From an uncultured bacterium (lineage in GTDB: Bacteria > Krumholzibacteriota > Krumholzibacteriia > Krumholzibacteriales > Krumholzibacteriaceae): a DNA stretch of 64,000 nucleotides. Below, one piece after another: positions 1 through 9,640 of the stretch. The DNA is taken from the NCBI GenBank assembly GCA_963786935.1, contig CAWBAN010000001.1:1504001-1568000 (forward strand), read 5' to 3'. The position numbers and the translations under genes were made by a program. Position 1 is the stretch's first letter; the number at the start of each line of letters is the position of its first letter. Under the pieces are notes generated by a model. The model made no database searches, was not told the origin of the DNA, and was given only the letters and a program-made list of their open reading frames with translations.

Positions 1-175
1 GCCCTGCCAGATTCTCGACGTGCAGATTGTGGACGATGGCGTGAAGCCGCCCCATCGCTGCTGCATCTCCAGGAACTGCCTTCGAAATCTCCACGTAGTA
101 CTCTCTATCTGTATAACTCAATACATACGGTTCCGTCATTCGCAGTTGGGCCTGCGAGCTCTCGCTGTATAGCAC
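1..175 (-). CDS. Partial hypothetical protein (N-terminus; runs off window start)
   Basis: Open frame from GTG at 175 (VLYSESSQAQLRMTEPYVLSY...) to the window edge; purine-rich AGGGGAAG upstream; lower GC than flanks. Confidence 0.35.
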   Translation of the reverse strand, partial: MLYSESSQAQLRMTEPYVLSYTDREYYVEISKAVPGDAAAMGRLHAIVHNLHVENLAG

Positions 176-322
176 CGGTGTCTTCCCCTAATAATATCCA
201 AAGCCTATCACAACCCAACGCCTTCCCTCAAGTGCATTTCCAGGTTCAGCGAGATGGGCTGCGAGCGATCATTGCGATATTGGATAATAACTGCGGATAT
301 GTATGGGTTCCGAAGACATCTC

Positions 323-3300
323 TCACTGCATCAACTTCGGCTTCGCTGCGCGACTCCAAGCAATTTCATTGGCATCCAAGTTCGCCGCGCCGTCAGCTAT
401 CATTGACACTTCCTCCGCCACGAGGCTCTCCACCCCCAGCTCGCTCTCGACCCGCCCCCGCACGAGAAACGGCCCCGGCCCCCGAAACAGCGTCCGCGCC
501 GCCCGCCGGTACGCCTTCGGGAAAAACGTCGCCTCGAATCTCCCCCACCGATCCGAGAACGTCACGAACACCATCTCCTCCATCTTGTCGGAGGTGCGCG
601 CGTGCTTCCACGTCACCTCCCACCCGACGATCTCGACCTCGCGCCCCACGCAGCCGGCGAGATCCATCGAGCGCACGAGCTTTCGCTCCTGTCCGAGTCG
701 CGCGAGCTGCTCCTCGAACATCGCGAGCGGGTGCCCGCTCACCGCCACGTCCAGCGTCTCCATCTCGAGCGCGATGCGCCGGGGGAGGTCGTAGTCCGCG
801 ATTTTCGGAAGCCGTCCGATAAGTTTCTCGGGCACCTCGCGCCCGGACCCGCACGACACTCCTCCACCAGCACGGAGCTTCAATTCCCACAAGAGCTCCG
901 GTCTCGTCCTCCCGAAGCACGCGAAGGCTCCCGCGCGCACGAGCGCCTCGACCTCGTCACGCGCCGCCGGCACCTTTTCGAGAAAATCCCGGAGCGACGT
1001 ATACGGCCGCTCCGCCACGATCCTCTTCGCGGTTTCCGCGCCGAGCCCTTTCACCTGCATGAGCCCGATTCTCAGCTTTCCCCCGCGCCCGTGATGGCGA
1101 ACGCGGCTCTCGTTCACGCAGGGCCCGAGGATCTCCACCCCCATGCGCCGCGCCTCATCGAGGTACTCGCCCTGCGAGTAGTAGCCGCCGCCGTTCGAGA
1201 GGATCGCCGCCATGAACTCGGCCGGATAGTGCGCCTTCCAGTAGGCGCTCTCGAACGACTCGAGCGCGAAGCTCGCCGAGTGCGCCTTGCAGAAGGCGTA
1301 GCCCGCAAATGAGGCCATCTGCCGGAACATCTCGCGCGCCGTCTCCTCGGGGATGCCGCGCGCGAGCGCCCCGCTGAGAAAGCTCGCCTCGTAGCTCGCC
1401 ATCGTCTCGCCGTCGATGTTCTTGTAGGCCATGCAGCGGCGCAGCCCGTCCGCCTCCCCGTAGCTCATCCCGGCGACCGCGACCGCGATGCGGATCACCT
1501 GCTCCTGATAGATGAGGCACCCGTACGTGTCGTGGAGCACGGGCTCGAGCGCGGGATGCGCGAGGGCGACCTCCTCGAGGCCGAGGTGCCGGTGGAGGTA
1601 CTGCCGCTTTCCCCCGTAGCTGGAGACGCCCGGCCGGATGATCGACGAGAGCGCCGTGAGCACCTCGAAGTCGTCGCATTTCGCCTGCCGGATGAGCTGG
1701 ATCATGCCGGGCGACTCGATGTAGAAGCACCCCTCGCAGCGCCCGTCGCGGATGAGGCGCTTCGTCGCGGGGTCACCGAGGTAATCGATCCGCTCGGGAT
1801 GGAGCGCACGCCCCTCGTTCTCCTCGGCCATCACGCACGCCTCCTGAATGACGGCGAGCCCCTTCTGCCCAATGACGTCGATCTTGAGGAGCCCCGCCTC
1901 CTCGACCTCGTGCATCGACCACTGCGTGATCTCGTAGCCCTTGTCGCCGCGCTGGAGCGGCACGAAATCGGTGATCGACGTCGGGGCAGATGACGAGCCC
2001 GCACGGGTGCGTCGCCATGTGCCGGGGAAATTCCCCGATGCGGCGCGCGAGCGCGAGAATCGTGCGGAGCGGCTCCTTGTCGAACGGAATATCCGCCGAG
2101 CGCGGCGAGATCGCGCACTCCTCCTCGATCTGGTCGATCGCCGCGAAGTACGGAAGCCGCTTGACGAACGGCTCGACCTCCCCCTCGGGGATGCCGAGCG
2201 CCTTCGTGACCTCGCGGATCGCGGCGCGCGCCTTGAGCGTTGAGTAGGTGCCGATCATCGCGACGCGCTCGGCGCCGTAGCGGCGGAAGATGTAGCGGAG
2301 CACCTCCTCGCGGTCGTCGGTCCCGAAATCGATGTCGAAGTCGGGAAGGTGCTCGCGCTCGGGGTTGAGGAAGCGCTCGAAGAAGAGGTTGTGCCGAAGC
2401 GGATTCACGTGCGTGATGTTCAAGGCGTACGAGACGAGGCTGTTCCCGGCCGAACCGCGTCCCACCGACTTCATCCCGCGCGAGCGCGCGAAGCGGACGA
2501 TATCCCAGCAGATGAGGAAGTAATCGGCGAGCCCCTTCGCGGCGATCACGGCGAGCTCGCGGTCGATGGTCGCCTCCGCCGCGGCGAGCTCGCGCGCGAG
2601 CGCCGGGCCCGAGGCGGCGCCCCCGCCCTCCTCCATCCGCTTCTCGAGCCCACGCAGCGCGAGCCGGCGCAGCGCCGTGAACGGCTCCTCGCCGCCGGCG
2701 GGCGCGAAACGCGGAAGCTTCCGCGAATGGAGATCGAGATCGAAGCGGCAGTCCTCCGCGATTTCCAGCGCCGCATCGAGCGAGGCGCGGTCGTCGCGAA
2801 AGACGCGCGCGACGTCCGCCGGCGAATGGAAGAACGCCTCGGGCGGAGCGATCGCGCCCGGGGGAAGGGTCCCCACCGTCGAGCGCGTGCGGATCGCGGT
2901 GAGCACCCGGTGCACGAAATGCTCCCGCGGCTCGATGAAGAACACGTCTCCCGCGGCGACGGTGCGGAGATCGCAGCGGGCCGCGGCGGAGCGGAGGCGC
3001 CAGCGGCGCTCGCTCCAGTCGTGCCCCGCGGAGACGGGGAGCGCGGCGAACGCGCGCGGGCGGCCGCGCAGCCTCGCGAGCGCGCGCTCGTCGTCGGCGA
3101 GGACGTAGACGTTCTCCGTGAGACGGTCGAGCGCCGCGGCGAGCGAGAAGTCCGCGTCGAGCCGCCGCCTCGTGACGAGACGGCAGAGCTCGGCGTACCC
3201 CTCGCGCGTCCGGGCGAGGAGCGTCACGCGGCCGATGTCGCCGGTCAATTCCACCCCGTAGACCGGCTGGATCCCCACCTCCTCGCACGCGCGCGCGAAC

Positions 3301-3446
3301 GGTACGACGGCGTACATGCCGTCGGTGTCGGCGAGGGCGATCGCGGGCATCCCGGCCGCCGCGGCCGCGCGCGCGAGATCCTCGACGGACCGCGTCCCGG
3401 CGAGCATGGAGAAGTTCGAATGGACGCGCAGATGAACGAAGCTCAC
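323..3446 (-). CDS. dnaE2: Error-prone DNA polymerase III alpha subunit (DnaE2-type), one apparent frameshift near 1985
   Basis: PHP start HLRVHSNFS, GRGSAGNS, FERFLNPER, catalytic PDFDIDF, HPCG in one frame; GLLKIDVIG, YQEQV, FAGYAFCKAHS and OB fold in the next. Removing one base from the 4-base run at 1983-1986 restores CPTSITDFVPLQ. GTG start overlaps the upstream TGA. Confidence 0.9.
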
Positions 3447-4660
3447 GGGAGCGCCCTTCCGAAGGCCGGCGCCGCGCGCCCCGGATGCGCGGCGCGCAGG
3501 CGGTCGAGCGCGGCGTAGAGCCTCCCCCGGCGTTCGGCGGCCGCCTCGCGCTCTCCCGCGAAGAGCTCGAGCTGGAGCGGCGCGGGCGTTATCCGTCCCG
3601 CCGAGAGAACGAGGCTCCGCACCCGCACGCGCCTCGCGTAGACGCGCGCGAAGATCCCCCGCGCGGCCTCGTAGATGGCACGGTCGTCCGCGACGGACGC
3701 CTCGGGCGCATCCGGCGCGGCGCCGGCGTCGCCCCCGGCGCTCGCCGCGCCGGGCGTCCCCATCCCCTTCACCGCGAGACCGTCCGCATAACGCACCTCG
3801 AGCCCCACCGCTCCCGCGAGCGAACGTTCGGCGCGGAGCTTCCCTCCGAGACGTTCGGCGAGACGATAAAGCGCCCCCTCGAGAAAACGGCGGTCGACCC
3901 GGTCCGGCTCGAGGATCTCCTCCACGGTGAACCGCTCGTCGACGCCGGGGCGCGTCCGCACGGGCGCCGTATCCTCGCCGAGCGCTCCCCGGTAGAGGCG
4001 TCTCCCCCACGAGCCGAAGCAGTGCGCGAATATCTCCTCGGTGAAGAGGAGCACGTCCCCGACGCGCGCGACGCCGAGTTCCTGAAGCACGGGCGAGCGC
4101 TTCTCGCCGACGAGCGGAAACCGCGCGACCGGCACGGGCGCGACGAACGACCGCTCGTATCCCGCGTACACGTCGACGAGGTTCGCGCACTTGGCCGAGC
4201 GCGAGGCCACATGGCTCACGAGCTTGTTCGAAGCGACCCCGAGCGACACGACGAGCCCCGTATCGCGCGCGATCTCGTCCTTGATCCGCCGCCCCGCGTC
4301 GATGGCCGGTCCGAAGAGCCTGCCGCAGCCGGTGTAGTCGACGTACGCCTCGTCGAGGGAGGCCGACTCGACGACCGGGCTGTACCGCCGCAACACCCCA
4401 AAGATGGCGGACGACGCGCGCCGGAAGAGCCCCCAGTCGGGTGGGAGAAACGTGGCCCGGCCGCAGAGCCGCCTCGCCGCCGAGGCGGTCATGCCCCGCG
4501 TCACGCCGTCCTGCCGCGCTTCATACGAGGCCGAGAAGACCATGCCCCGCGGCGAGGCCCCCACGACGACCACGGCACGCGTCCGCAGCGCGGGGTCGCG
4601 CAGCCGCAGAACCGACGCGTAGAAATCGTCCGTATTGACGTGGAGAATCTCCCGCTCCAC
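3443..4660 (-). CDS. Y-family DNA polymerase, DinB/ImuB-like
   Basis: HVNTDDFYASV, ASYEAR, SLDEAYVD, SLGVASNKL motifs; QLELF clamp-binding motif; coupled to dnaE2. Confidence 0.88.
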   Translation of the reverse strand: MEREILHVNTDDFYASVLRLRDPALRTRAVVVVGASPRGMVFSASYEARQDGVTRGMTASAARRLCGRATFLPPDWGLFRRASSAIFGVLRRYSPVVESASLDEAYVDYTGCGRLFGPAIDAGRRIKDEIARDTGLVVSLGVASNKLVSHVASRSAKCANLVDVYAGYERSFVAPVPVARFPLVGEKRSPVLQELGVARVGDVLLFTEEIFAHCFGSWGRRLYRGALGEDTAPVRTRPGVDERFTVEEILEPDRVDRRFLEGALYRLAERLGGKLRAERSLAGAVGLEVRYADGLAVKGMGTPGAASAGGDAGAAPDAPEASVADDRAIYEAARGIFARVYARRVRVRSLVLSAGRITPAPLQLELFAGEREAAAERRGRLYAALDRLRAAHPGRAAPAFGRALP

Positions 4661-4714
4661 CGTCGTCCCCCCATCGCTCCCCGGACGGTCACGCCGCCCT
4701 CAGCAGTCGAGGCC

Positions 4715-4933
4715 TCAAAGCTTTCTCTTGATCCCGATGACCACCCCCAGCACCTCCACCCCATCGCGGCCATCCCACCGGCACAGTGTCTCGGCGCGCC
4801 CGCGGCGCACGAGCGCGAGCTCGCCCGCGGCGGGGCGGCGCCCCATTTCGAGGAGAAGACAGTCCCCCTCCTCGACCTCGTCCCCCGCGTCGGACGAGAG
4901 CAGCACATCGACCTTGCGATACGCGAGCGCCAT
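4715..4933 (-). CDS. Small (72 aa) degenerate S24/LexA-C-terminal-like protein
   Basis: ATG with GAAGGG RBS; EGDCLLLE..GELALV..ETLCRW..VEVLGVVIGIKRK aligns by eye with the neighbouring LexA C-domain DGDLIIVE..GSLAVV..ATMKRF..VEVRGTVVGLMRR. Confidence 0.65.
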   Translation of the reverse strand: MALAYRKVDVLLSSDAGDEVEEGDCLLLEMGRRPAAGELALVRRGRAETLCRWDGRDGVEVLGVVIGIKRKL

Positions 4934-4970
4934 AACTATCCCTTCGAAGACTCTGTGACTGTGCCCCGGC

Positions 4971-5084
4971 GCCGGACATTCACGTGACGAACCCATTGGA
5001 GGCTCTGCGACTGGGTTCGGAACGTGAATGTCCGGCGACGAACCCATTGGAGGCTCTGCGACTGGGTTCGGAACGTGAATGTCC
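4971..5084. repeat. Tandem 48-bp perfect direct repeat (4986-5033, 5037-5084) overlapping a 15-bp inverted repeat (4971-4985/5022-5036); REP-like hairpin
   Basis: gacgaacccattggaggctctgcgactgggttcggaacgtgaatgtcc occurs twice; gccggacattcacgt/acgtgaatgtccggc pair; internal cgaaccca/tgggttcg stem. Confidence 0.9.
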
Positions 5085-5089
5085 CACGC

Positions 5090-5695
5090 TCACCCGCGCC
5101 TGTACCTCCGCATGAGCCCGACGACGGTCCCGCGCACCTCGACCTCGGCCGCCGGCACGACGATGTCCTTCATCGCCGGGTTCGACGGCCTGAGCCGCAC
5201 GACGGCCCCCTCGTGATAGAAACGCTTCATCGTCGCCTCGCCGCCGCGCAGGAGCACCACGGCCAGCGAGCCGTTCTCGACGCGCCGGCGCTTCTCGACG
5301 ATGATGAGGTCGCCGTCGAGAATCCCGTCCCCCGTCATCGAGTCCCCCTTCACCCTGAGCGCGAAGGTCTCCCCGCGCCCGGCGAGGTCCTCGGGCAGGG
5401 CGACGCTCTCCGGCACCTCGATCGCCTCGATCGGCGAGCCCGCCGCGACCGCGCCGACGAGCGGCACCTCGCGCGACTGGCGCCCCGCGAGCGGCTCGAT
5501 CGAACGCGCCCGGTTCCAGCCGCGGCGCAGGAGCCCCTTGCGGCTCATGTTCTCGAGATGCTCGTGCACCGTGCTCACCGCGGAGAGCTTGAAGCGCGCC
5601 GCGATCTCCTCGAGGGAGGGCGCATACCCCTTCGACGCCTGGAAGGACCGTATGAACTCGAGAATCTCTCTCTGGCGTTTCGTCATGTACGTCAT
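5090..5695 (-). CDS. lexA: SOS repressor LexA
   Basis: MTKRQREILEFI..GYAPSLEEIA HTH, VAAG cleavage site, GDSM Ser and TMKR Lys catalytic dyad. Confidence 0.95.
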   Translation of the reverse strand: MTYMTKRQREILEFIRSFQASKGYAPSLEEIAARFKLSAVSTVHEHLENMSRKGLLRRGWNRARSIEPLAGRQSREVPLVGAVAAGSPIEAIEVPESVALPEDLAGRGETFALRVKGDSMTGDGILDGDLIIVEKRRRVENGSLAVVLLRGGEATMKRFYHEGAVVRLRPSNPAMKDIVVPAAEVEVRGTVVGLMRRYRRG

Positions 5696-5701
5696 GCCCC
5701 A

Positions 5702-5730
5702 AGCTTGCCCGAAAGAAAACCGAAAGTCAA
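5702..5730 (-). promoter_or_regulatory. lexA sigma70-type promoter with candidate LexA operator (CTTTCGG-N4-CTTTCGG, 5709-5726)
   Basis: TTGACT-17-CAAGCT, 6 nt before ATG; direct repeat fills the spacer. Confidence 0.55.
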
Positions 5731-5833
5731 GAGAAAAATGAAAATCGGTGTATTCCACCCCCGCGGTGTGCTAGAATTCGGTTTCCTTCGAACGGAAATT
5801 GCGCGCGGAACCATAGGCCAAGGAGGTGTTCCA

Positions 5834-6016
5834 ATGCCGAGCTGCAATGAGATGAAAAAGGGCGAGGTCTACTTCTGCGGAGAATGCGGACTCGAGCTCA
5901 AGGTCGTCAAGGAATGCAAGGACGCGAAAAAGGGCGCGGACACCTGCGCCTGCTGCGGCGAGGACGACATCTGCTGCGACATCACGTGCTGCGGCGAACC
6001 GCTCTCCAAGAAATAA
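5834..6016 (+). CDS. Cys-rich desulforedoxin-like small metal-binding protein (60 aa, 11 Cys)
   Basis: AGGAGG RBS; GEVYFCGECG...TCCGEPL matches the desulforedoxin CxxC...CC pattern. Confidence 0.75.
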   Translation: MPSCNEMKKGEVYFCGECGLELKVVKECKDAKKGADTCACCGEDDICCDITCCGEPLSKK

Positions 6017-6031
6017 TAAACGGAGGCTCCC

Positions 6032-6940
6032 TTGAAATACAACCGATCCGCGGAACTCCTCTGCGCCGTCGCGCTCCCGTTCGCCTTCCTCTGCGCCGCG
6101 ACGATTCTCTGCGCGCTCCCGTTCGCGCGGCCGGCCGCGGCGGCCGCTCCCGACAGCACCCGCGCCGCCGCGAAGAATCAACCGGCCCTCTGGGCGCAGG
6201 CGGTGAAGATATTCGAGGCCAACAAGGACCTCGTGCCGGGCACGATGATCCAGAAGATTCAGGAGCTCGAGGACGACGGGCGCGTGAAATCCGAATCGAA
6301 CGCCGAGATATCCCTCTCGCTCGACGGCGAGGGGAAGATCAAGAGCGATGTCGTCAAGGCGACGAAGGACGGCAAGGACGTCACCGCCGAGGAGCGAAAG
6401 AAGGCGGCGGAGCGTTCGAAAAAAGAGGCCGACAAAGAAAAGAAGAAGAAGAAGGACGCCGAAAAGAACGCGAAGAAGGATTCAAAGAGCGGCCAGGACG
6501 GCGAGTCGAAGGAGCGCTCACACTCGATCTCGTCGGGCGACAACCCCTTCAATCCCGATATCCAGAACGACGTCCGCGTCACGGAGACGAACGCGCGGGA
6601 GACGATCGACGGACGAGGCTGCGTCCGCTTCGGCTACAGCTATCCCGCCCCGTCGGAGAAGCCTTCGAAGAACAAGCCGGTAATGGTCAAGGGCACGGCG
6701 TGGATCGAGGAGAGCACCGGCAATCCGGTGAAGATCGAGTACACGAACGACCCGCTCCCGAAGGGCGCGAAGAGCATGAGCACGACGTTCCATTACGGAA
6801 ACGGCGAGAACGGCTCGTGGGTTCTCGAAAAAATGGAATTCTCGGGGAGCGGCTCGTTCCTCTTCATCAAGAAGAGCATCCGCGGCGATATCTCCCTCGG
6901 CGATTACTGGAAATACGAAGAGAAGGATTCGGCGAAGTAG
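6032..6940 (+). CDS. Secreted hypothetical protein with Lys/Glu-rich linker
   Basis: GGAGG RBS, TTG start, signal-peptide-like N-terminus, host codon usage. Confidence 0.7.
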   Translation: MKYNRSAELLCAVALPFAFLCAATILCALPFARPAAAAAPDSTRAAAKNQPALWAQAVKIFEANKDLVPGTMIQKIQELEDDGRVKSESNAEISLSLDGEGKIKSDVVKATKDGKDVTAEERKKAAERSKKEADKEKKKKKDAEKNAKKDSKSGQDGESKERSHSISSGDNPFNPDIQNDVRVTETNARETIDGRGCVRFGYSYPAPSEKPSKNKPVMVKGTAWIEESTGNPVKIEYTNDPLPKGAKSMSTTFHYGNGENGSWVLEKMEFSGSGSFLFIKKSIRGDISLGDYWKYEEKDSAK

Positions 6941-6981
6941 GGGCTTCCATCACGGCGTCGGGGCAGCACGATGGAGCGTCG

Positions 6982-7551
6982 TCACGAGCCCTTCGTGATC
7001 CGCTCGAGGTACTTGCCCGTTCTCGTGTCGATCCGGACCGTGTCACCGGCGTTCACGAAGAGCGGCACCTGCACCTTGGCGCCCGTTTCGAGCACGGCCC
7101 CCTTCATGAGGTTCGTCGTGCTGTCCCCCCGCACCCCCGGTTCCGATTCGGCCACGACGAGATCGATGAAGTTCGGGAGATCCAAGGTTATCGGCTTCTC
7201 GTCCATGAAGGCGATCGTGCACATGTTCCCTTCCTTGAGGAACTGCTTCTGATCCCCGAGGAACTCGGCGGGAACGAAGGTCTGCTCGTACGACTTGGTG
7301 TCCATGAAGTGGAGGCTGCCGTCCGTCTCGTAGAGGAACTGCATCTCGCGGCTCTCGAGGCGGATCGTCTCGATCTGGTCGGTCATGCGGAAGGTGCGCT
7401 CCATGACGCGCCCCGTTTTCGCGTTCTTGAGCTTCGTGCGCACCATCGCGCGCCAGTTGCCCGGCGAGACGTGCTGGTACTCGGAGATGATCCAGACCTC
7501 GTTTTCGATCTTGATCGCCATGCCTCTGCGAAATTCGGAAATCGAAGCCAT
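6982..7551 (-). CDS. efp: Elongation factor P
   Basis: YQHVSPGNWRAMVR loop, EPGVRGDS, VQVPLFV, RIDTRTGKY. Confidence 0.95.
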   Translation of the reverse strand: MASISEFRRGMAIKIENEVWIISEYQHVSPGNWRAMVRTKLKNAKTGRVMERTFRMTDQIETIRLESREMQFLYETDGSLHFMDTKSYEQTFVPAEFLGDQKQFLKEGNMCTIAFMDEKPITLDLPNFIDLVVAESEPGVRGDSTTNLMKGAVLETGAKVQVPLFVNAGDTVRIDTRTGKYLERITKGS

Positions 7552-7641
7552 GCCTCACTCCTGAAAACGTTGATTCACCCGCGGCGAGCGCTCCTGAATA
7601 TAATAAACGGCGCGACCGTCGCAAGGGGGAAAGCGGCGGCG

Positions 7642-8199
7642 CTACTCGGTCCGCGGCGCGGCCTTGATCAGCTCGAGATACTCCATCCGGGTCTTCGGAT
7701 CGGTCCGGAACGCCCCGAGCATGGCGCTCGTGATGATCCGGGCGTCGCGCTTGCGCACACCCCGCATCGCCATGCAGAGATGCGTCGCCTCGATCGTCAC
7801 CGCCACGCCGTACGGCTTCAGGTGATCCATGAGCGATTTGGCGATCTGGTTCGTGAGCCGCTCCTGCACCTGGAGCCGCCGCGCGAACACGTGCACGAGG
7901 CGCGGAATCTTCGATATGCCGATGATGCGCCCCTTCGGGATGTAGGCGACGTGGCATTCGCCGTAGAACGGGAGCAGATGGTGCTCACAGAGGCTGTAGA
8001 GGCTGATATCCTTGACGATCACCATCTCGTCATATTCTTCCTCGAACACCGATTCGCGGAAGAGCTCCTCGGGATCCTCCCGGTAGCCGCTCGTGAGAAA
8101 GCCGAGGGACTCCGCCACGCGCTCCGGCGTCCTGCGGAGCCCTTCGCGGTCGGGATTCTCGCCGAGCCCGGCGAGCAGCTTCCGGATCAGCTCTTCCAT
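7642..8199 (-). CDS. folE: GTP cyclohydrolase I
   Basis: REGLRRTPERV, SLCEHHLLPF, LQVQERLT, HLCMAMRG. Confidence 0.96.
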   Translation of the reverse strand: MEELIRKLLAGLGENPDREGLRRTPERVAESLGFLTSGYREDPEELFRESVFEEEYDEMVIVKDISLYSLCEHHLLPFYGECHVAYIPKGRIIGISKIPRLVHVFARRLQVQERLTNQIAKSLMDHLKPYGVAVTIEATHLCMAMRGVRKRDARIITSAMLGAFRTDPKTRMEYLELIKAAPRTE

Positions 8200-8200
8200 G

Positions 8201-9493
8201 TCAGCACACCTTCTTCGGCTGCTTGAGGGTCATGACGATGACGGCGGCGACGATGCAGAGCACCGCCGCGATCATGAAGGGCGGCATCCATGCCGAGACA
8301 CCCTTCCCCTGCCCCATATCCTTGAATATGCCCGCGAGAATCGGTCCGACGATGCCGCCGACCCCGTACGCGGTGAACATGAAGCCGTAGTTCTGCCCGA
8401 TGTTCTTCGTGCCGAAACAGCCCGCCGTGCTGAGCGGGAAGAGGGCGAGCGTGCCGCCGAAGTTCGCGCCGACGATCGCGAAGAAGGCGCACAGGGCGAT
8501 GTAGCTGCCTCCGAGGAAGTAGAGCGCCGCCATGGCGACTCCCTGGATAATCGCCATGATCGTGATCGAGAGCTTCCAGCCGATGCCGTCGGCGATGATT
8601 CCCCACCCGATCCGCCCGAAACCGTTCGCGAGCGAGAAGAAAATCGCATACGCGGTCGCTGCCGCGGCGGCCGCGACCTTGGGATCGGCGTACTTCTCGA
8701 GCCCGGAGCCCGCGAGCGCGTCCCCGCCGAAGAGCTTTGCGATCCCGATCACCATGAGCCCCGCGAGCGCGCAGCATGCGTAGGAGATCCAGATCAGGAA
8801 GCACTGCGGCGTTTTGAGCATCTCGCCGGTGCACATCTCGGCCGGAGGCGCGGCCGGTTTCTTGCCCTTCTTGGTCTGCGCGGGATCCCATCCCGCGGGG
8901 CGCCAGCCTTCCGGCGGATAGACCATGAATATCGAGCCGAGCGAAACGAGCGCGGCGAAGGCGACACCGTAATACAGGAAGGTGCGCAGGATGCCGATCG
9001 TATCGAGGAGGTGCCCCCACGCGCCGGCGAGCTGCACCCAGAGGAGCGCGCCGAAGCCGAATCCGGCCACTGCGATGCCCGTGATGAGCCCCTTCTTGTC
9101 GGGGAACCACCGCATGCCGACCGCGATCGGGCACACGTAGGCGAGGCCGATGCCGGCGCCGCCGAGCACGCCGATGAACACGAGCAGGGTCGCGAAGGAA
9201 TTGCCCATGAGCCCGGCGAGAATATAGCCGAGGCCGAGGATGATACCTCCCATGAGGGCCACCCGCCGGGGCCCGATCTTCGCCTGGAGCTTGCCGGCGA
9301 AGGGCATGAGCGCGGCGAACATGCCGAGGCCGACCGAGAAGATGATCTGCGTCTGCGTCGCCGTGAAATTGAACGGATCCTTCTTGAGAACGGTCGTGAA
9401 AACGCTCCACGCGTAGATCGCTCCGAGACAGAGCTGAATGAGGATCGCGCCCACGACGGCGAGCCAGCGGTTCATGACCTTGCCATTCGCCAT
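8201..9493 (-). CDS. MFS transporter, oxalate/formate antiporter (OFA) family
   Basis: LCLGAIYAWSVF, WFPDKKGLITG, ANGFGRIGWG; about 12 TM segments. Confidence 0.85.
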   Translation of the reverse strand: MANGKVMNRWLAVVGAILIQLCLGAIYAWSVFTTVLKKDPFNFTATQTQIIFSVGLGMFAALMPFAGKLQAKIGPRRVALMGGIILGLGYILAGLMGNSFATLLVFIGVLGGAGIGLAYVCPIAVGMRWFPDKKGLITGIAVAGFGFGALLWVQLAGAWGHLLDTIGILRTFLYYGVAFAALVSLGSIFMVYPPEGWRPAGWDPAQTKKGKKPAAPPAEMCTGEMLKTPQCFLIWISYACCALAGLMVIGIAKLFGGDALAGSGLEKYADPKVAAAAAATAYAIFFSLANGFGRIGWGIIADGIGWKLSITIMAIIQGVAMAALYFLGGSYIALCAFFAIVGANFGGTLALFPLSTAGCFGTKNIGQNYGFMFTAYGVGGIVGPILAGIFKDMGQGKGVSAWMPPFMIAAVLCIVAAVIVMTLKQPKKVC

Positions 9494-9611
9494 TTCGGAC
9501 CTCCGGTTGATGAATTTCTCCCTGCAATACCACCCCCGCCCGCCTTTGTCAAATGCAATTTACTGCGGGAGTTCCGCGCGCGGCGGGCGCCGCCCCCCGG
9601 GGCGTTTTCCC

Positions 9612-9640
9612 TTGAATGCGCACAATATATCGAATATATT
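9612..9640 (+). promoter_or_regulatory. Candidate glnA promoter with overlapping palindrome AATATAT-N3-ATATATT
   Basis: TTGAAT-17-TATATT; inverted repeat 9624-9640. Confidence 0.45.

Noticed and set aside
1960..2000. Naturally split dnaE, intein or programmed frameshift
   Set aside because: No intein motifs or slippery heptamer; one extra base in a homopolymer restores a normal protein, and similar indels occur elsewhere
4986..5084. CRISPR array
   Set aside because: Only two units separated by 3 bp; no spacers and no cas genes
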